From an uncultured Pseudonocardia sp. (GTDB lineage: Bacteria > Actinomycetota > Actinomycetes > Mycobacteriales > Pseudonocardiaceae), in NCBI GenBank assembly GCA_966211265.1, contig CBIHNM010000001.1, positions 1 to 49,627 of the forward strand: DNA of 49,627 bases, given 5' to 3'. The position numbers and the translations under genes are program-made. The notes under the pieces are model-generated. The model was not told the origin of the DNA and ran no database searches. It saw nothing but the letters and a program-made list of their open reading frames with translations. Below are positions 40,747 to 49,627 of this stretch, piece by piece. Position 1 is the first letter of the stretch. Each line of letters starts with the position of its first letter.

Positions 40747-42156
40747 TCAGCCCAGCATCGGCGGGCGGCGCGTGTGGTGGTCGGTGGCCTGCTGGTAGGC
40801 GTGCGCGGCGGCCAGGACGGTGGCGTCGGCGTGGCGCGGACCGACGACCTGGAGCCCGACCGGGAGACCGTCGGTGGTGAACCCGCAGGGCACGCTCGTG
40901 GCCGGCTGCTGGGTCATGTTGAACGGGTAGGTGAACGGTGTCCAGGACATCCAGCGCGGGCTCGACGACCCCTCCGGCACCTCGACCCCGCCCGGGAACG
41001 CCGTGATCGGCAGCGTCGGGGTGAGCAGCAGGTCGTAGTCGGCGTGGAAGTGGCCCATCAGTGTGCCCAGCTCGTTGCGCACGGCCATCGCGCCCAGGTA
41101 CTCCAGCGCGCTGACCCGCGCACCCTGCTCGGCGATCTCGACCAGGCTCGGGTCCATCCGGGCGCGGGCCTGCGCGCCGATCGGCTCCAGCGACTTCGCC
41201 GCGGCGGCGTACCAGAGCGTCTCGAACGGCTCGAGCGGGTCGGCGAACCCGGGGTCGGCCAGCTCGACGGTCGCCCCCAGTGAGGTGAACACCTCCACCG
41301 CGGCCCGCACGAGCCCGGCGACCTCCGGGTCGACCGAGGCGAACCCGAGGGTGGGGGAGAACGCGATCCGCAGCCCTTGTGCCCCGCCCGCCAGGCGCTC
41401 GACGGCCGACTCGCGGGGCACGTCGAACACCCACGGGTCGCGGACGTCGGGCTGGGCGACGACGTCCTGCAGCAGCGCGGCGTCGGCGACGGTGCGGGTC
41501 ATCGGGCCGACGTGGGCCAGCGTGCCGAACGCGCTGCCCGGCCAGTGCGCGATCCGGCCGTAGGTCGGCTTGTGCGCGACGGTGCCGGTGAACGCGGCCG
41601 GGATCCGGACCGAGCCGCCGGCGTCGGTGCCCAGCGAGAGCTGGCCCATGCCCAGCCCGACGGCCGCGGCGCTGCCGCCGGACGAGCCGCCCGCGGTGAG
41701 CTCGGGGTTCCACGGGTTCGTCGTGACGCCGGTCAGCGGGGAGTCGGTGACGCCCTTCCAGGCCAGCTCCGGGGTGGTGTTCTTGCCGATCAGCACCGCA
41801 CCGGCCGCGCGGACACGGGCCACCGGCGGGCCGTCGACCTCGAACGGGCCCTCGGCGCTGGTCGTGGTCGAGCCGCGCCGGGTCGGCCAGCCGATCGTGA
41901 GCAGCATGTCCTTGATCGAGGTGGGGACGCCGTCGAGCGGGCCGATCGGCTCGCCGGCCTGCCAGCGCGCCTCGGAGTCCTTGGCCTGGGCCAGCGCGGA
42001 GTCCGCGTCGACCAGGCAGAACGCGTTCACCGCGCGGTCGTGGTGCTCGATCCGGTCCAGCGCGTCCCGGGTGGCCTGCACCGGTGAGATCTCGCCCGTG
42101 CGGTAGCCCGCCAGGAGCTCGGTCGCGCTGAGATCCGCGGTGGTCGGGTCGCTCAC
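40747..42156 (-). CDS. Amidase signature family protein
   Basis: GVPTSIKD, GGSSGGS and TDAGGSVRIPA carry the Lys-Ser-Ser triad. Confidence 0.93.
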   Translation of the reverse strand: MSDPTTADLSATELLAGYRTGEISPVQATRDALDRIEHHDRAVNAFCLVDADSALAQAKDSEARWQAGEPIGPLDGVPTSIKDMLLTIGWPTRRGSTTTSAEGPFEVDGPPVARVRAAGAVLIGKNTTPELAWKGVTDSPLTGVTTNPWNPELTAGGSSGGSAAAVGLGMGQLSLGTDAGGSVRIPAAFTGTVAHKPTYGRIAHWPGSAFGTLAHVGPMTRTVADAALLQDVVAQPDVRDPWVFDVPRESAVERLAGGAQGLRIAFSPTLGFASVDPEVAGLVRAAVEVFTSLGATVELADPGFADPLEPFETLWYAAAAKSLEPIGAQARARMDPSLVEIAEQGARVSALEYLGAMAVRNELGTLMGHFHADYDLLLTPTLPITAFPGGVEVPEGSSSPRWMSWTPFTYPFNMTQQPATSVPCGFTTDGLPVGLQVVGPRHADATVLAAAHAYQQATDHHTRRPPMLG

Positions 42157-43136
42157 GAGTGTCCTCCGGGTGTGCTCACGTATCCACGGGCCTTGTCGAC
42201 GACGTTGCGCAGCTCCCGGCCGTCCCGGAAGAGCGCGAGGTTCTCGGCGAACAGATCGACCAGCGCGTCACGCCAGCCGACGATGTCGCCGGACATGTGC
42301 GGGGAGACCAGGACGTTGTCCATCGCCCACAGCGGGGAGTCCGCGGGCAGCGGCTCGGTCTCGAAGACGTCCAGCGCGGCGCCGGCGATCCGGCCGGACG
42401 CCAGGGCCTCGACCAGGTCGTCCTGCACGATCAGCGGCCCGCGCCCGACGTTGACGACCCGCGCGCCGGCGCGCATCCGATCGATCGTGCCCCGGTGCAA
42501 CAGCCCGCGGGTCTGGTCGGTCAGCGGGGCGGCCAGGACCAGGTAGTCGGCCTCGGGGAGCAGCCCGTCGAGGTCGTCGAAGGCGTGCACGCCGTCCCGG
42601 GCGGTGCGCCCGACCAGCTCGACCCGCAGCCCGGCCGCACGCAGCAGCGTGGTGATCGCGTGCCCGATCGGGCCGCTGCCCACCACGACGGCGCGGCGAC
42701 CGGCGACCGGCTCGGTCTCGCGGTGCCGCCAGGTCCCCGCGTCCTGCAGGCGCAGCGAGCGCGGCAGGTCCTTGGCGAAGGCCAGGATCGCGCCGAGCAC
42801 GTACTCGGCCATCGGGACGTCGAACACCCCGCGGGAGTTGGTCAGCGTCGCCTCCGAGGCGAGCAGCTCCGGGAACGTGACGCGGTCGACGCCGGCGCTG
42901 GCGGTGTGCACCCAGCGCACGGTGTCCCCGCCGCCGCCGGTCCAGGCCCCGCGTACGGCGTCGGAGGTGAAGTCCCAGGTGAGCAACACGTCGGATCCGG
43001 GCAGCATGTCGGCCAGTGACGCGTCGTCGGCGAACCGGAGACGTGCGTCACCCACGCGCTCCGAGAGCCCCGGCGGCATGTCCTCGCTCTGCAGGACTGT
43101 GATGGTGAGAGCGTCCTGACCTGCGGGAATTGCCAA
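42153..43136 (-). CDS. D-2-hydroxyacid dehydrogenase family protein
   Basis: GSGPIG, NVGRG, DVFETEP, SPHMSG. Confidence 0.92.
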   Translation of the reverse strand: MAIPAGQDALTITVLQSEDMPPGLSERVGDARLRFADDASLADMLPGSDVLLTWDFTSDAVRGAWTGGGGDTVRWVHTASAGVDRVTFPELLASEATLTNSRGVFDVPMAEYVLGAILAFAKDLPRSLRLQDAGTWRHRETEPVAGRRAVVVGSGPIGHAITTLLRAAGLRVELVGRTARDGVHAFDDLDGLLPEADYLVLAAPLTDQTRGLLHRGTIDRMRAGARVVNVGRGPLIVQDDLVEALASGRIAGAALDVFETEPLPADSPLWAMDNVLVSPHMSGDIVGWRDALVDLFAENLALFRDGRELRNVVDKARGYVSTPGGHS

Positions 43137-43169
43137 TCGAAGATCCTCTCAGAGGCCTGGGGCGGGAGA

Positions 43170-43208
43170 TTGACACGCTAGAAAGCGCTCCTATAGTTGT
43201 CAACAATC
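43170..43208. promoter_or_regulatory. Overlapping divergent sigma-70-type promoters with operator site 1
   Basis: Plus strand TTGACA-n16-TATAGT (43170-43197); minus strand TTGACA-n17-TAGCGT (43203-43175); minus-strand GATTGTTGACAAC at 43208-43196. Confidence 0.75.
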
Positions 43209-43322
43209 TGCTGCGTTCGGTGCACGGCTCGACGACTACCGAAGCGGAGCTTGCGGAGCAGTCGTCCGCGCAGCGCGGCGGAGGTCACCCACACACACGC
43301 ACGTCCGCCAGGGGGATCTCCC

Positions 43323-43823
43323 GTGCCCAGACTTATCAAGATCGAGCTCGAACGCCGCGGTGTGTCCTGCGTGGCCGAGCTGCTGGACAAGAGCGCACCA
43401 CGCACCTGCGCGGCGGTCTGGGAGGCGCTGGCCGACGGGCCGCTCGGCGGGGACGCCCAGCACGCCAAGTACGCCCGCAACGAGGTCTACACGATCGTCC
43501 GCCGGTTCGGCCCGCGGATCGGGCAGGAGAACCCGACGGTGACGCCGATCCCGGGCGACGTCTGCTACTTCGACTTCCACGGCGGCATGCTCGACGCCTC
43601 GTTCAAGGACGACCAGGGCATCGACGCCGACGCCGGCGGGATCGACCTGGCCATCTTCTACGGCCGCAACAACCTGCTGCTCAACGGCGACGTCGGCTGG
43701 GTGGTCGGCAACGTCTGGGCCTCGATCACCGAGGGACTGGACGTGATGGCGACCGCCTGCCACGACGTGTGGCGCTCGGGCAGCGTCGGCGAGCGGCTCG
43801 TCTACTCCCGACTCGAGGGCTGA
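43323..43823 (+). CDS. DUF3830 family protein
   Basis: APRTCAAVWEAL, HAKYARNEVY, ENPTVTPIPGD, DLAIFYGRNN. Confidence 0.85.
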   Translation: MPRLIKIELERRGVSCVAELLDKSAPRTCAAVWEALADGPLGGDAQHAKYARNEVYTIVRRFGPRIGQENPTVTPIPGDVCYFDFHGGMLDASFKDDQGIDADAGGIDLAIFYGRNNLLLNGDVGWVVGNVWASITEGLDVMATACHDVWRSGSVGERLVYSRLEG

Positions 43824-43826
43824 CAC

Positions 43827-44672
43827 GTGCCCTCCGAGCTGTCCGTCGGGCTCACGCAGGAGCCGGCGGGCGGACTGCGGCACGCCCGGAGCCGGTCGGA
43901 CGACGGCCTGGTCGACGCGCCGGGCATCGGGATGATCGCCCCGTTCGACTTCGCGCTGGACCGGGAGCTGTGGCGCTGGGCGCCCGAGGACGTCTCGCTC
44001 TACCTCACCCGGATGCCGTTCCTGACCACACCGATGACCGTCGACATGGCCGAGGCGATCGCCGACCGGCGCCCGGTGCGCCGCGCGACCCGGGACGTGC
44101 TCACCCCGCGTCCGGGGGTGGTCAGCTACGCCTGCACCTCGGGCAGCTTCGTCGGCGGCGCGGCGGCCGAGTACGTGCTGCACCGCACGATCCTCGACGC
44201 CGGGGCGCCGCGGGCCTCGACGACGTCCGGGGCGTTGATCGAGGCGCTGGCGCTGCTCGGGGTCCGGCGGCTGGCGATCGCCACGCCCTACATCGAGGCG
44301 GTCACCTCGCGTCTGGTCGGGTTCCTCGGCGACCACGGGGTCGACACGGTCGCCAGCGAGGGGCTCGGCCTGATCGGCAACATCTGGCGGACCACCTACG
44401 CCCAGGTCGTCGACATCGTGCGCGCGGTCGACCGGCCGGAGGCGCAGGCGCTGTTCATCAGCTGCACCAACCTGCCCACCTACGACGTGATCGAGCCGTT
44501 GGAGCAGGCCCTGGGCAAGCCGGTGATCACGGCGAACCAGGTGACCATGTGGGACGCGCTGCGCAAGATCGACCGCGCGGCCGTCGGCGGCGGGGCCCTG
44601 CTCTCGGCCTGGAAGCCGGGCGACGGACGGACTTGCGTCCCCGCCCCGCCTGTAGGATTGTCGACAACATGA
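43827..44672 (+). CDS. Maleate isomerase / Asp-Glu racemase family protein (EutA-like)
   Basis: APFDFALDRELWRW, YACTSGS, ISCTNL, ITANQV. Confidence 0.88.
   Translation: MPSELSVGLTQEPAGGLRHARSRSDDGLVDAPGIGMIAPFDFALDRELWRWAPEDVSLYLTRMPFLTTPMTVDMAEAIADRRPVRRATRDVLTPRPGVVSYACTSGSFVGGAAAEYVLHRTILDAGAPRASTTSGALIEALALLGVRRLAIATPYIEAVTSRLVGFLGDHGVDTVASEGLGLIGNIWRTTYAQVVDIVRAVDRPEAQALFISCTNLPTYDVIEPLEQALGKPVITANQVTMWDALRKIDRAAVGGGALLSAWKPGDGRTCVPAPPVGLSTT
44656..44668. promoter_or_regulatory. Operator site 2 beside an internal -10 (TAGGAT)
   Basis: GATTGTCGACAAC immediately before ATG 44669. Confidence 0.7.
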
Positions 44673-45406
44673 CTGGCAAGACCGTCGGGATCCTGTACCC
44701 GGGCTACTCCGCCGAGGACGACTACCCGCGCGCCGAGGCGCTGCTGACCGACGGCAGCACGCTGCCGCTGGTGCACACCGAGATGCGCACCGACGCCCAC
44801 CGGACCGACGCGCTGCTCGAGATCGGCGGCGACGACGTGCTCGCCGAGGGCGCGCGCACCGTGGCCGAGAAGTTCGGGCCGCTGGACTCGATCGTCTGGG
44901 CCTGCACGTCGGGCAGCTTCGTGTTCGGCCCGGAGGGGGCCGCCGAACAGGTCGCGGCGCTGCGGGCGGTGGCCGGCGTCCCGGCCTCGAGCACGTCGTT
45001 CGCGTTCGTCCAGGCCTGCCACCGGCTCGGGGTCACGCAGGTGGCGCTCGGTGCGACCTACCCGCCGGACGTGGCGGCGCGGTTCGTCGACTTCCTCGCC
45101 CACCACGGCATCACGGTGCTGACCGTGTCCGCGCGCGACATCATCACCGCCGCCGAGGTCGGCACCCTGCCCGGTGAGCTGGTGCTGGACTTCGCGGCCG
45201 CGGTCGCCGCCGACGCCCCGCAGGCCCAGGCCGTGCTGCTGCCCGACACCGCGCTGCACACGGTCGGGCTGCTCGACGCCCTCGACGCCCGCGTCGGCAG
45301 GCCGGTGCTGACCGCGAACCAGGTCAGCATGTGGCAGGGCCTGCGCCTGGCCGGCGCCGACATCGCCCGGCCGGACCTGGGCGCGCTCTTCGCCACGGCG
45401 GCGTGA
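44669..45406 (+). CDS. Second maleate isomerase / Asp-Glu racemase family protein
   Basis: YPGYSAEDDY, WACTSGS, LPDTAL, LTANQV. Confidence 0.88.
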   Translation: MTGKTVGILYPGYSAEDDYPRAEALLTDGSTLPLVHTEMRTDAHRTDALLEIGGDDVLAEGARTVAEKFGPLDSIVWACTSGSFVFGPEGAAEQVAALRAVAGVPASSTSFAFVQACHRLGVTQVALGATYPPDVAARFVDFLAHHGITVLTVSARDIITAAEVGTLPGELVLDFAAAVAADAPQAQAVLLPDTALHTVGLLDALDARVGRPVLTANQVSMWQGLRLAGADIARPDLGALFATAA

Positions 45407-45422
45407 GCGGGGAAGCCGCACC

Positions 45423-46124
45423 ATGGGCCTGGACGTGAGCGAGCTCGAACCGGTCAGCCGGCGTTCCACCGCCGAGATCGTGGCGGACCGGATCCGGACC
45501 GCGATCATGCGCGGGACGTTCCCGCCCGGGACCCAGCTCGGCGAGGTCGAGCTGGCCGGGCGGCTCGGGGTCAGCCGGGGGCCGCTGCGCGAGGCGATGC
45601 AGCGCCTGGTCGCGGAGGGCCTGCTGCGCAGCGAGCGGCATCGTGGACTGTTCGTGCGCGAGCTCGACGCCGACGACGTCCGCGATCTGTACATCGCGCG
45701 CACCGCCGTCGAACGTGCCGCCGCGCTGCTGGTGATGGGCGGCGACCGCACCGCCGCGGCGGTCCGGCTGACCGGTGCGCTGGGGGCGATGGAGTCCGCG
45801 GCGCGGGCCGGCGACACGGTCGCGCTCGCCGACGCCGACCACGACTTCCACGCCGAGCTGGTCGCCGCGTCGGGCAGCCCCCGGTTGCGCCGGATGACCG
45901 ACGCGCTGCTGGTCGAGACACGGATGTGTCTGGCCGCCCTTCAGGAGACCGCGCCCCCGGCGCCGGACCTGCTCGCCGAGCACCAGGTCCTGCGCGACGC
46001 GGTGCGCGACGGCGACCAGCTCCGGTTCGTGACCACGCTCGAGGCGCACATGGCCGACGCGGTCACCCGGATCCTGGCCGCGATGCCGGGCGGGCCCGGC
46101 ACCGCACCGGCCGTCCCGGTCTGA
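45423..46124 (+). CDS. GntR-family regulator (FCD domain)
   Basis: LGVSRGPLREAM HTH, DHDFHAEL, EH..L. Confidence 0.93.
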   Translation: MGLDVSELEPVSRRSTAEIVADRIRTAIMRGTFPPGTQLGEVELAGRLGVSRGPLREAMQRLVAEGLLRSERHRGLFVRELDADDVRDLYIARTAVERAAALLVMGGDRTAAAVRLTGALGAMESAARAGDTVALADADHDFHAELVAASGSPRLRRMTDALLVETRMCLAALQETAPPAPDLLAEHQVLRDAVRDGDQLRFVTTLEAHMADAVTRILAAMPGGPGTAPAVPV

Positions 46125-46153
46125 GCCCGACCGGCCTCCTCCACCCCCTCCTG

Positions 46154-46216
46154 CGCGTCGTGGAGCCCGGACGCGCTCGGCGGGACCGGAAATCCGCATC
46201 ACGGCTCCACGACGCG
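46154..46216. repeat. 14-bp perfect inverted repeat with 35-nt loop
   Basis: CGCGTCGTGGAGCC (46154-46167) and GGCTCCACGACGCG (46203-46216). Confidence 0.65.
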
Positions 46217-46263
46217 GGATGTGGGGTGGGGGTTGCTGTGGGCGGGCGGGCGTGCTTACATCG

Positions 46264-46276
46264 GATTGTCGACAAC
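46264..46276. promoter_or_regulatory. Operator site 3
   Basis: GATTGTCGACAAC, identical to site 2, upstream of the aminotransferase. Confidence 0.7.
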
Positions 46277-46329
46277 TCGACAACCCGTTCGGCCGCCGAC
46301 CCGGCCGACGTTCCCGAGGAGCCTCGCAC

Positions 46330-47586
46330 ATGGCACAGCTGTCCCCCCTGCTCAAGCAGGCCACCCCGGTCCAGGCCGCGCGCGGTGAGGGTGTCTACCT
46401 CTACGACACCGAGGACCGCCGTCATCTGGACTTCACCGCCGGCATCGGCGTCACCAGCACCGGGCACTGCCACCCGAAGGTCGTCAAGGCCGCGCAGGAC
46501 CAGGTCGGCACGCTGATCCACGGCCAGTACACGACCGTCATGCACCAGCCCCTGCTGCAGCTGGTCGAGAAGATGGGCGAGATCCTGCCCGAGGGCATCG
46601 ACTCGCTGTTCTTCGTCAACTCCGGCTCCGAGGCCGTCGAGGCGTCGGTGCGGCTCGCGCGCCAGGCCACCGGCCGTCCGCTGATCATGGCCTTCGACGG
46701 CGGGTTCCACGGCCGCACGATGGGCGCCGGCGCGCTCACCACGTCCGGTGCGAAGATCCGGGCCGGGATCGGCCCGATGATGGGTGGCGTCGCGTTCTCG
46801 CCCTACCCCTACGCCTACCGCTACGGCTGGTCGGAGGAGCAGACCGTCGCGTTCTGCCTGGCCGAGCTGGACCGCCAGCTGGCCAGCACCGCGCCCGCCT
46901 CGGACGTCGCCGCGTTCATCATCGAGCCGGTGCTCGGCGAGGGCGGGTACGTGCCCACCCCGCCGGCCTTCCTGCAGGGCCTGCGCGAGCGCGCCGACCG
47001 GCACGGCATCCTGCTGATCGCCGACGAGGTGCAGACCGGCTACGGCCGCACCGGCCGGTTCTGGGGCCACCAGCACGCCGAGGGCGTCACGCCGGACGTC
47101 ATCGTCACGGCGAAGGGCCTGGCCTCGGGCTTCCCGCTGTCCGCGATCGCGGCGCCGAAGGCGCTCATGGAGAAGGCCTGGCCGGGCTCGCAGGGCGGCA
47201 CCTACGGCGGCAACGCCGTGGCCTGCGCCGCCGCGCTGGCCACCCTGGGTGTCGTCCAGGAGGAGGGCCTGGTGGAGAACTCCCGCGTGCAGGGCGAGAA
47301 GCTCGTCGCCGGGGTCCGCGACGCCGCGCAGGGCATCGCCGCGATCGGTGACGTCCGCGGCATCGGCCTGATGGTCGGCATCGAGTTCGTCGACGCCGCG
47401 GGCAAGCCGGACGGCGCGACCGCCGCGAAGGTGCACGCCGCGGCGGCCGAGCAGGGTCTGCTGCTGCTGACCTGCGGCGTCTACGGCAACGTCGTGCGCA
47501 TGATCCCGCCGCTGGTCGTCACGGCCGAGCAGATCGACGAGGGCCTGGCCCTGTGGACCAAGGCGCTGAACAACGCCCTGTCCTGA
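46330..47586 (+). CDS. Class III PLP aminotransferase (GabT/DoeD-like)
   Basis: NSGSEAVE, FHGRT, IEPVLGEGG, ADEVQTGYGRTG, TAKGLASG, GGTYGGN. Confidence 0.93.
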   Translation: MAQLSPLLKQATPVQAARGEGVYLYDTEDRRHLDFTAGIGVTSTGHCHPKVVKAAQDQVGTLIHGQYTTVMHQPLLQLVEKMGEILPEGIDSLFFVNSGSEAVEASVRLARQATGRPLIMAFDGGFHGRTMGAGALTTSGAKIRAGIGPMMGGVAFSPYPYAYRYGWSEEQTVAFCLAELDRQLASTAPASDVAAFIIEPVLGEGGYVPTPPAFLQGLRERADRHGILLIADEVQTGYGRTGRFWGHQHAEGVTPDVIVTAKGLASGFPLSAIAAPKALMEKAWPGSQGGTYGGNAVACAAALATLGVVQEEGLVENSRVQGEKLVAGVRDAAQGIAAIGDVRGIGLMVGIEFVDAAGKPDGATAAKVHAAAAEQGLLLLTCGVYGNVVRMIPPLVVTAEQIDEGLALWTKALNNALS

Positions 47587-47587
47587 C

Positions 47588-47636
47588 CCCGTGAGTGGGG
47601 GCGATGGTCGCCACGGCGGCCATCGCCACTCACGGG
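47588..47636. terminator. Hairpin between convergent aminotransferase and mrp genes (REP-like)
   Basis: CCCGTGAGTG...GCGATGGTCGCC-ac-GGCGGCCATCGC-CACTCACGGG. Confidence 0.7.
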
Positions 47637-48791
47637 CTACTTCGTGACCGGGGAGATGTTCAGGCTCATCCCGGCCAGTCCGCGGGCGCGGGTGGTGAGC
47701 CGGTCGGCGATGCCGAGCAGGGCCTTCGCCGAGGACGACTCCGGGTCGGAGAGCACGATCGGGGTGCCGGAGTCGCCGCTCTCGCGCAGGCGGGTCTCGA
47801 GCGGGATCTGCCCGAGCAGCGGCACGGTCGAGCCGATGCTCGTGCTCAGCGAGTCCGCGACGACCTGCCCGCCGCCGGAGCCGAAGATGTCGGTCCGGGT
47901 GCCGTCGGGCATCTCCATCCAGGACATGTTCTCCACGACGCCGGCCAGGCGCTGGCGGGTCTGCAGCGCGATCGACCCGGCGCGCTCGGCGACCTCGGCC
48001 GCGGCCTGCTGCGGGGTGGTGACCACCAGCAGCTCCGCGTTCGGGACGAGCTGCGAGGTGGAGATCGCGATGTCACCGGTGCCCGGGGGCAGGTCCAGCA
48101 GCAGGACGTCGAGGTCGCCCCAGAACACGTCGGAGAGGACCTGCTGCAGCGCGCGGTGCAGCATCGGCCCGCGCCAGACGACCGGGGTGTTGCCCTCGAC
48201 GAACATGCCGATCGAGATGACCTTCACGCCGTGCGCCTGCGGCGGCATGATCATGTTGTCGACCTTGGTCGGCCGGTCGGCGGTGCCGAGCATCCGCGGC
48301 ACCGAGTGGCCGTAGATGTCGGCGTCGACGACGCCGACGTTGAGGCCCTTGCGCGCCATCGCCGCGGCCAGGTTGACCGTGACCGAGGACTTGCCGACCC
48401 CGCCCTTGCCGGACGCGACGCAGTAGACCCGGGTCAGCGACCCCGGCTGCGCGAACGGGATCACCGGCTCCTCGGAGTCGCCGCGCAGGCCGCGCCGCAG
48501 CTCGGTGCGCTGCTCGTCGCTCATCACGTCGAGCTCGACCTCGACGTCGGTGATGCCCGGGACGTCCATCACGGCGGTCGTCACGCGCTTGGTGATCGTG
48601 TCCTTCATGGGACACCCGGCGACGGTCAGGTAGACCCCGATCTGGGCGAGGCCGGCGGGGGAGACGGCGACGCTCTTGACCATCCCCAGCTCGGTGATCG
48701 GCTTGTGGATCTCCGGGTCCTCGACCTTGCCCAGTGCCGCGCGCACGGCCTCCTCGATGGTCCCCGTGCTGGTGCTGCCGATGGCGGACAT
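47637..48791 (-). CDS. mrp: Mrp/ApbC Fe-S carrier ATPase
   Basis: N-terminal DPEIHKPITELGMV domain, SGKGGVGKS, DADIYG, DLPPGTGD, VENMS. Confidence 0.95.
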   Translation of the reverse strand: MSAIGSTSTGTIEEAVRAALGKVEDPEIHKPITELGMVKSVAVSPAGLAQIGVYLTVAGCPMKDTITKRVTTAVMDVPGITDVEVELDVMSDEQRTELRRGLRGDSEEPVIPFAQPGSLTRVYCVASGKGGVGKSSVTVNLAAAMARKGLNVGVVDADIYGHSVPRMLGTADRPTKVDNMIMPPQAHGVKVISIGMFVEGNTPVVWRGPMLHRALQQVLSDVFWGDLDVLLLDLPPGTGDIAISTSQLVPNAELLVVTTPQQAAAEVAERAGSIALQTRQRLAGVVENMSWMEMPDGTRTDIFGSGGGQVVADSLSTSIGSTVPLLGQIPLETRLRESGDSGTPIVLSDPESSSAKALLGIADRLTTRARGLAGMSLNISPVTK

Positions 48792-48978
48792 GCGGTGGGG
48801 TACATCCTCTCCGGTTACTCGGGTGGCCCGTGGTGGGTCGGACCGTCACGGTCGTGTCGGTCGCCGGCTCGTCCCTCGGGGCCGGCCCGCGGGGATCGGC
48901 GCCGGTACGGCGGTTCCGCGACACTCTCATGCTACGTGTCCACCGGGAGCCTGCCGTGTGTCCGTAGCATTCACCGGC

Positions 48979-49479
48979 GTGAGTGAGAGCGTCGACACGC
49001 CCGTCGGGGGCCCTGACCGGCGTGCGCGCCCCGCCACCGAGCGCCGGGTCGTGCCGACGCATGCCGAGCTGGACTCCTGGCGCAGCTTCCTGCGGGCGCA
49101 CGCCGCGATCACCCGGGTGCTCGAGGCCGAGCTGGAGGCCGAGCAGCAGCTGTCGCTGGCCGCCTACGACGTCCTGGTGCAGCTCGCCGAGGCACCCGGT
49201 CGCCGGCTGCGGATGACCGAGCTGGCCGATGCCGTGCTGCTCTCCCGCTCGGGGGTGACCCGCCTGGTGGACCGGCTCGAGCGCGCCGGCCTGGTGGCCC
49301 GCTCCCGGGTCGCCGCGGACGGGCGCGGGGTCGCCGCCGAGCTCACCGACGACGGGCTGTCCCGGCTGCGCCGGGCGGCGGTCACCCACCTGCGCGGGAT
49401 CCGGGCGCACTTCGCCGACCCGCTCGACGAACCCGACCTCGCCGCCCTGGGGACGATCAGCCGGAAGCTGGCCCCCTGA
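48979..49479 (+). CDS. MarR-family transcriptional regulator
   Basis: YDVLVQL, LRMTELADAVLLSRSGVTRLVDRL, DGRG. Confidence 0.92.
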   Translation: MSESVDTPVGGPDRRARPATERRVVPTHAELDSWRSFLRAHAAITRVLEAELEAEQQLSLAAYDVLVQLAEAPGRRLRMTELADAVLLSRSGVTRLVDRLERAGLVARSRVAADGRGVAAELTDDGLSRLRRAAVTHLRGIRAHFADPLDEPDLAALGTISRKLAP

Positions 49480-49627
49480 GCCCGCGCGGCGGGTCCGCGT
49501 GCCCGCCGTCGGCCTGTCCGTTCTCGTGCCGCCCGTGGTCGCCGCGGCCCCGGTCGCCGCGCCCGGCCACGGGCTGGCGGTGCCCGGCCGCCCGCGTCCC
49601 GGCCTCCCGCTGCGCCCGGTCCCGCTG

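Noticed and set aside
43130..44668. 758-aa ORF as a single fusion protein
   Set aside because: The upstream part overlaps DUF3830 and the first racemase out of frame; the real gene starts at 44669

Overview
High-GC actinobacterial chromosome, most likely Pseudonocardiaceae such as Pseudonocardia (inferred from gene content and order). The backbone follows the conserved order typA-lpqW-mshB-fdx-dapC-dapD-dapE-LOG-tagA-glgM-glgC-sigE-rseA-htrA-tatB-mrp, preceded by mscL, a class I DAHP synthase, a nitrilase-family hydrolase and an ABC-2 exporter. Two accessory blocks interrupt it: an Opp/Dpp ABC importer plus MFS/MarR and a stand-alone tsaD (11.5-20.5 kb), and a seven-gene GntR-controlled catabolic island (40.7-47.6 kb). 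No rRNA, tRNA, CRISPR or transposase is visible. Best leads: (1) an unannotated leader peptide with adjacent Tyr-Trp-Phe codons and mutually exclusive helices upstream of the DAHP synthase; (2) the catabolic island with three matching operator palindromes, a candidate alternative (hydroxy)ectoine-type pathway; (3) a 49-aa Cys/Lys-rich ORF under an IdeR-like box; (4) a deleted XRE-HTH pseudogene, DnaA-like boxes and a 391-bp element with terminal inverted repeats between dapD and dapE. All calls come from motif recognition and recalled family knowledge; no searches were run.
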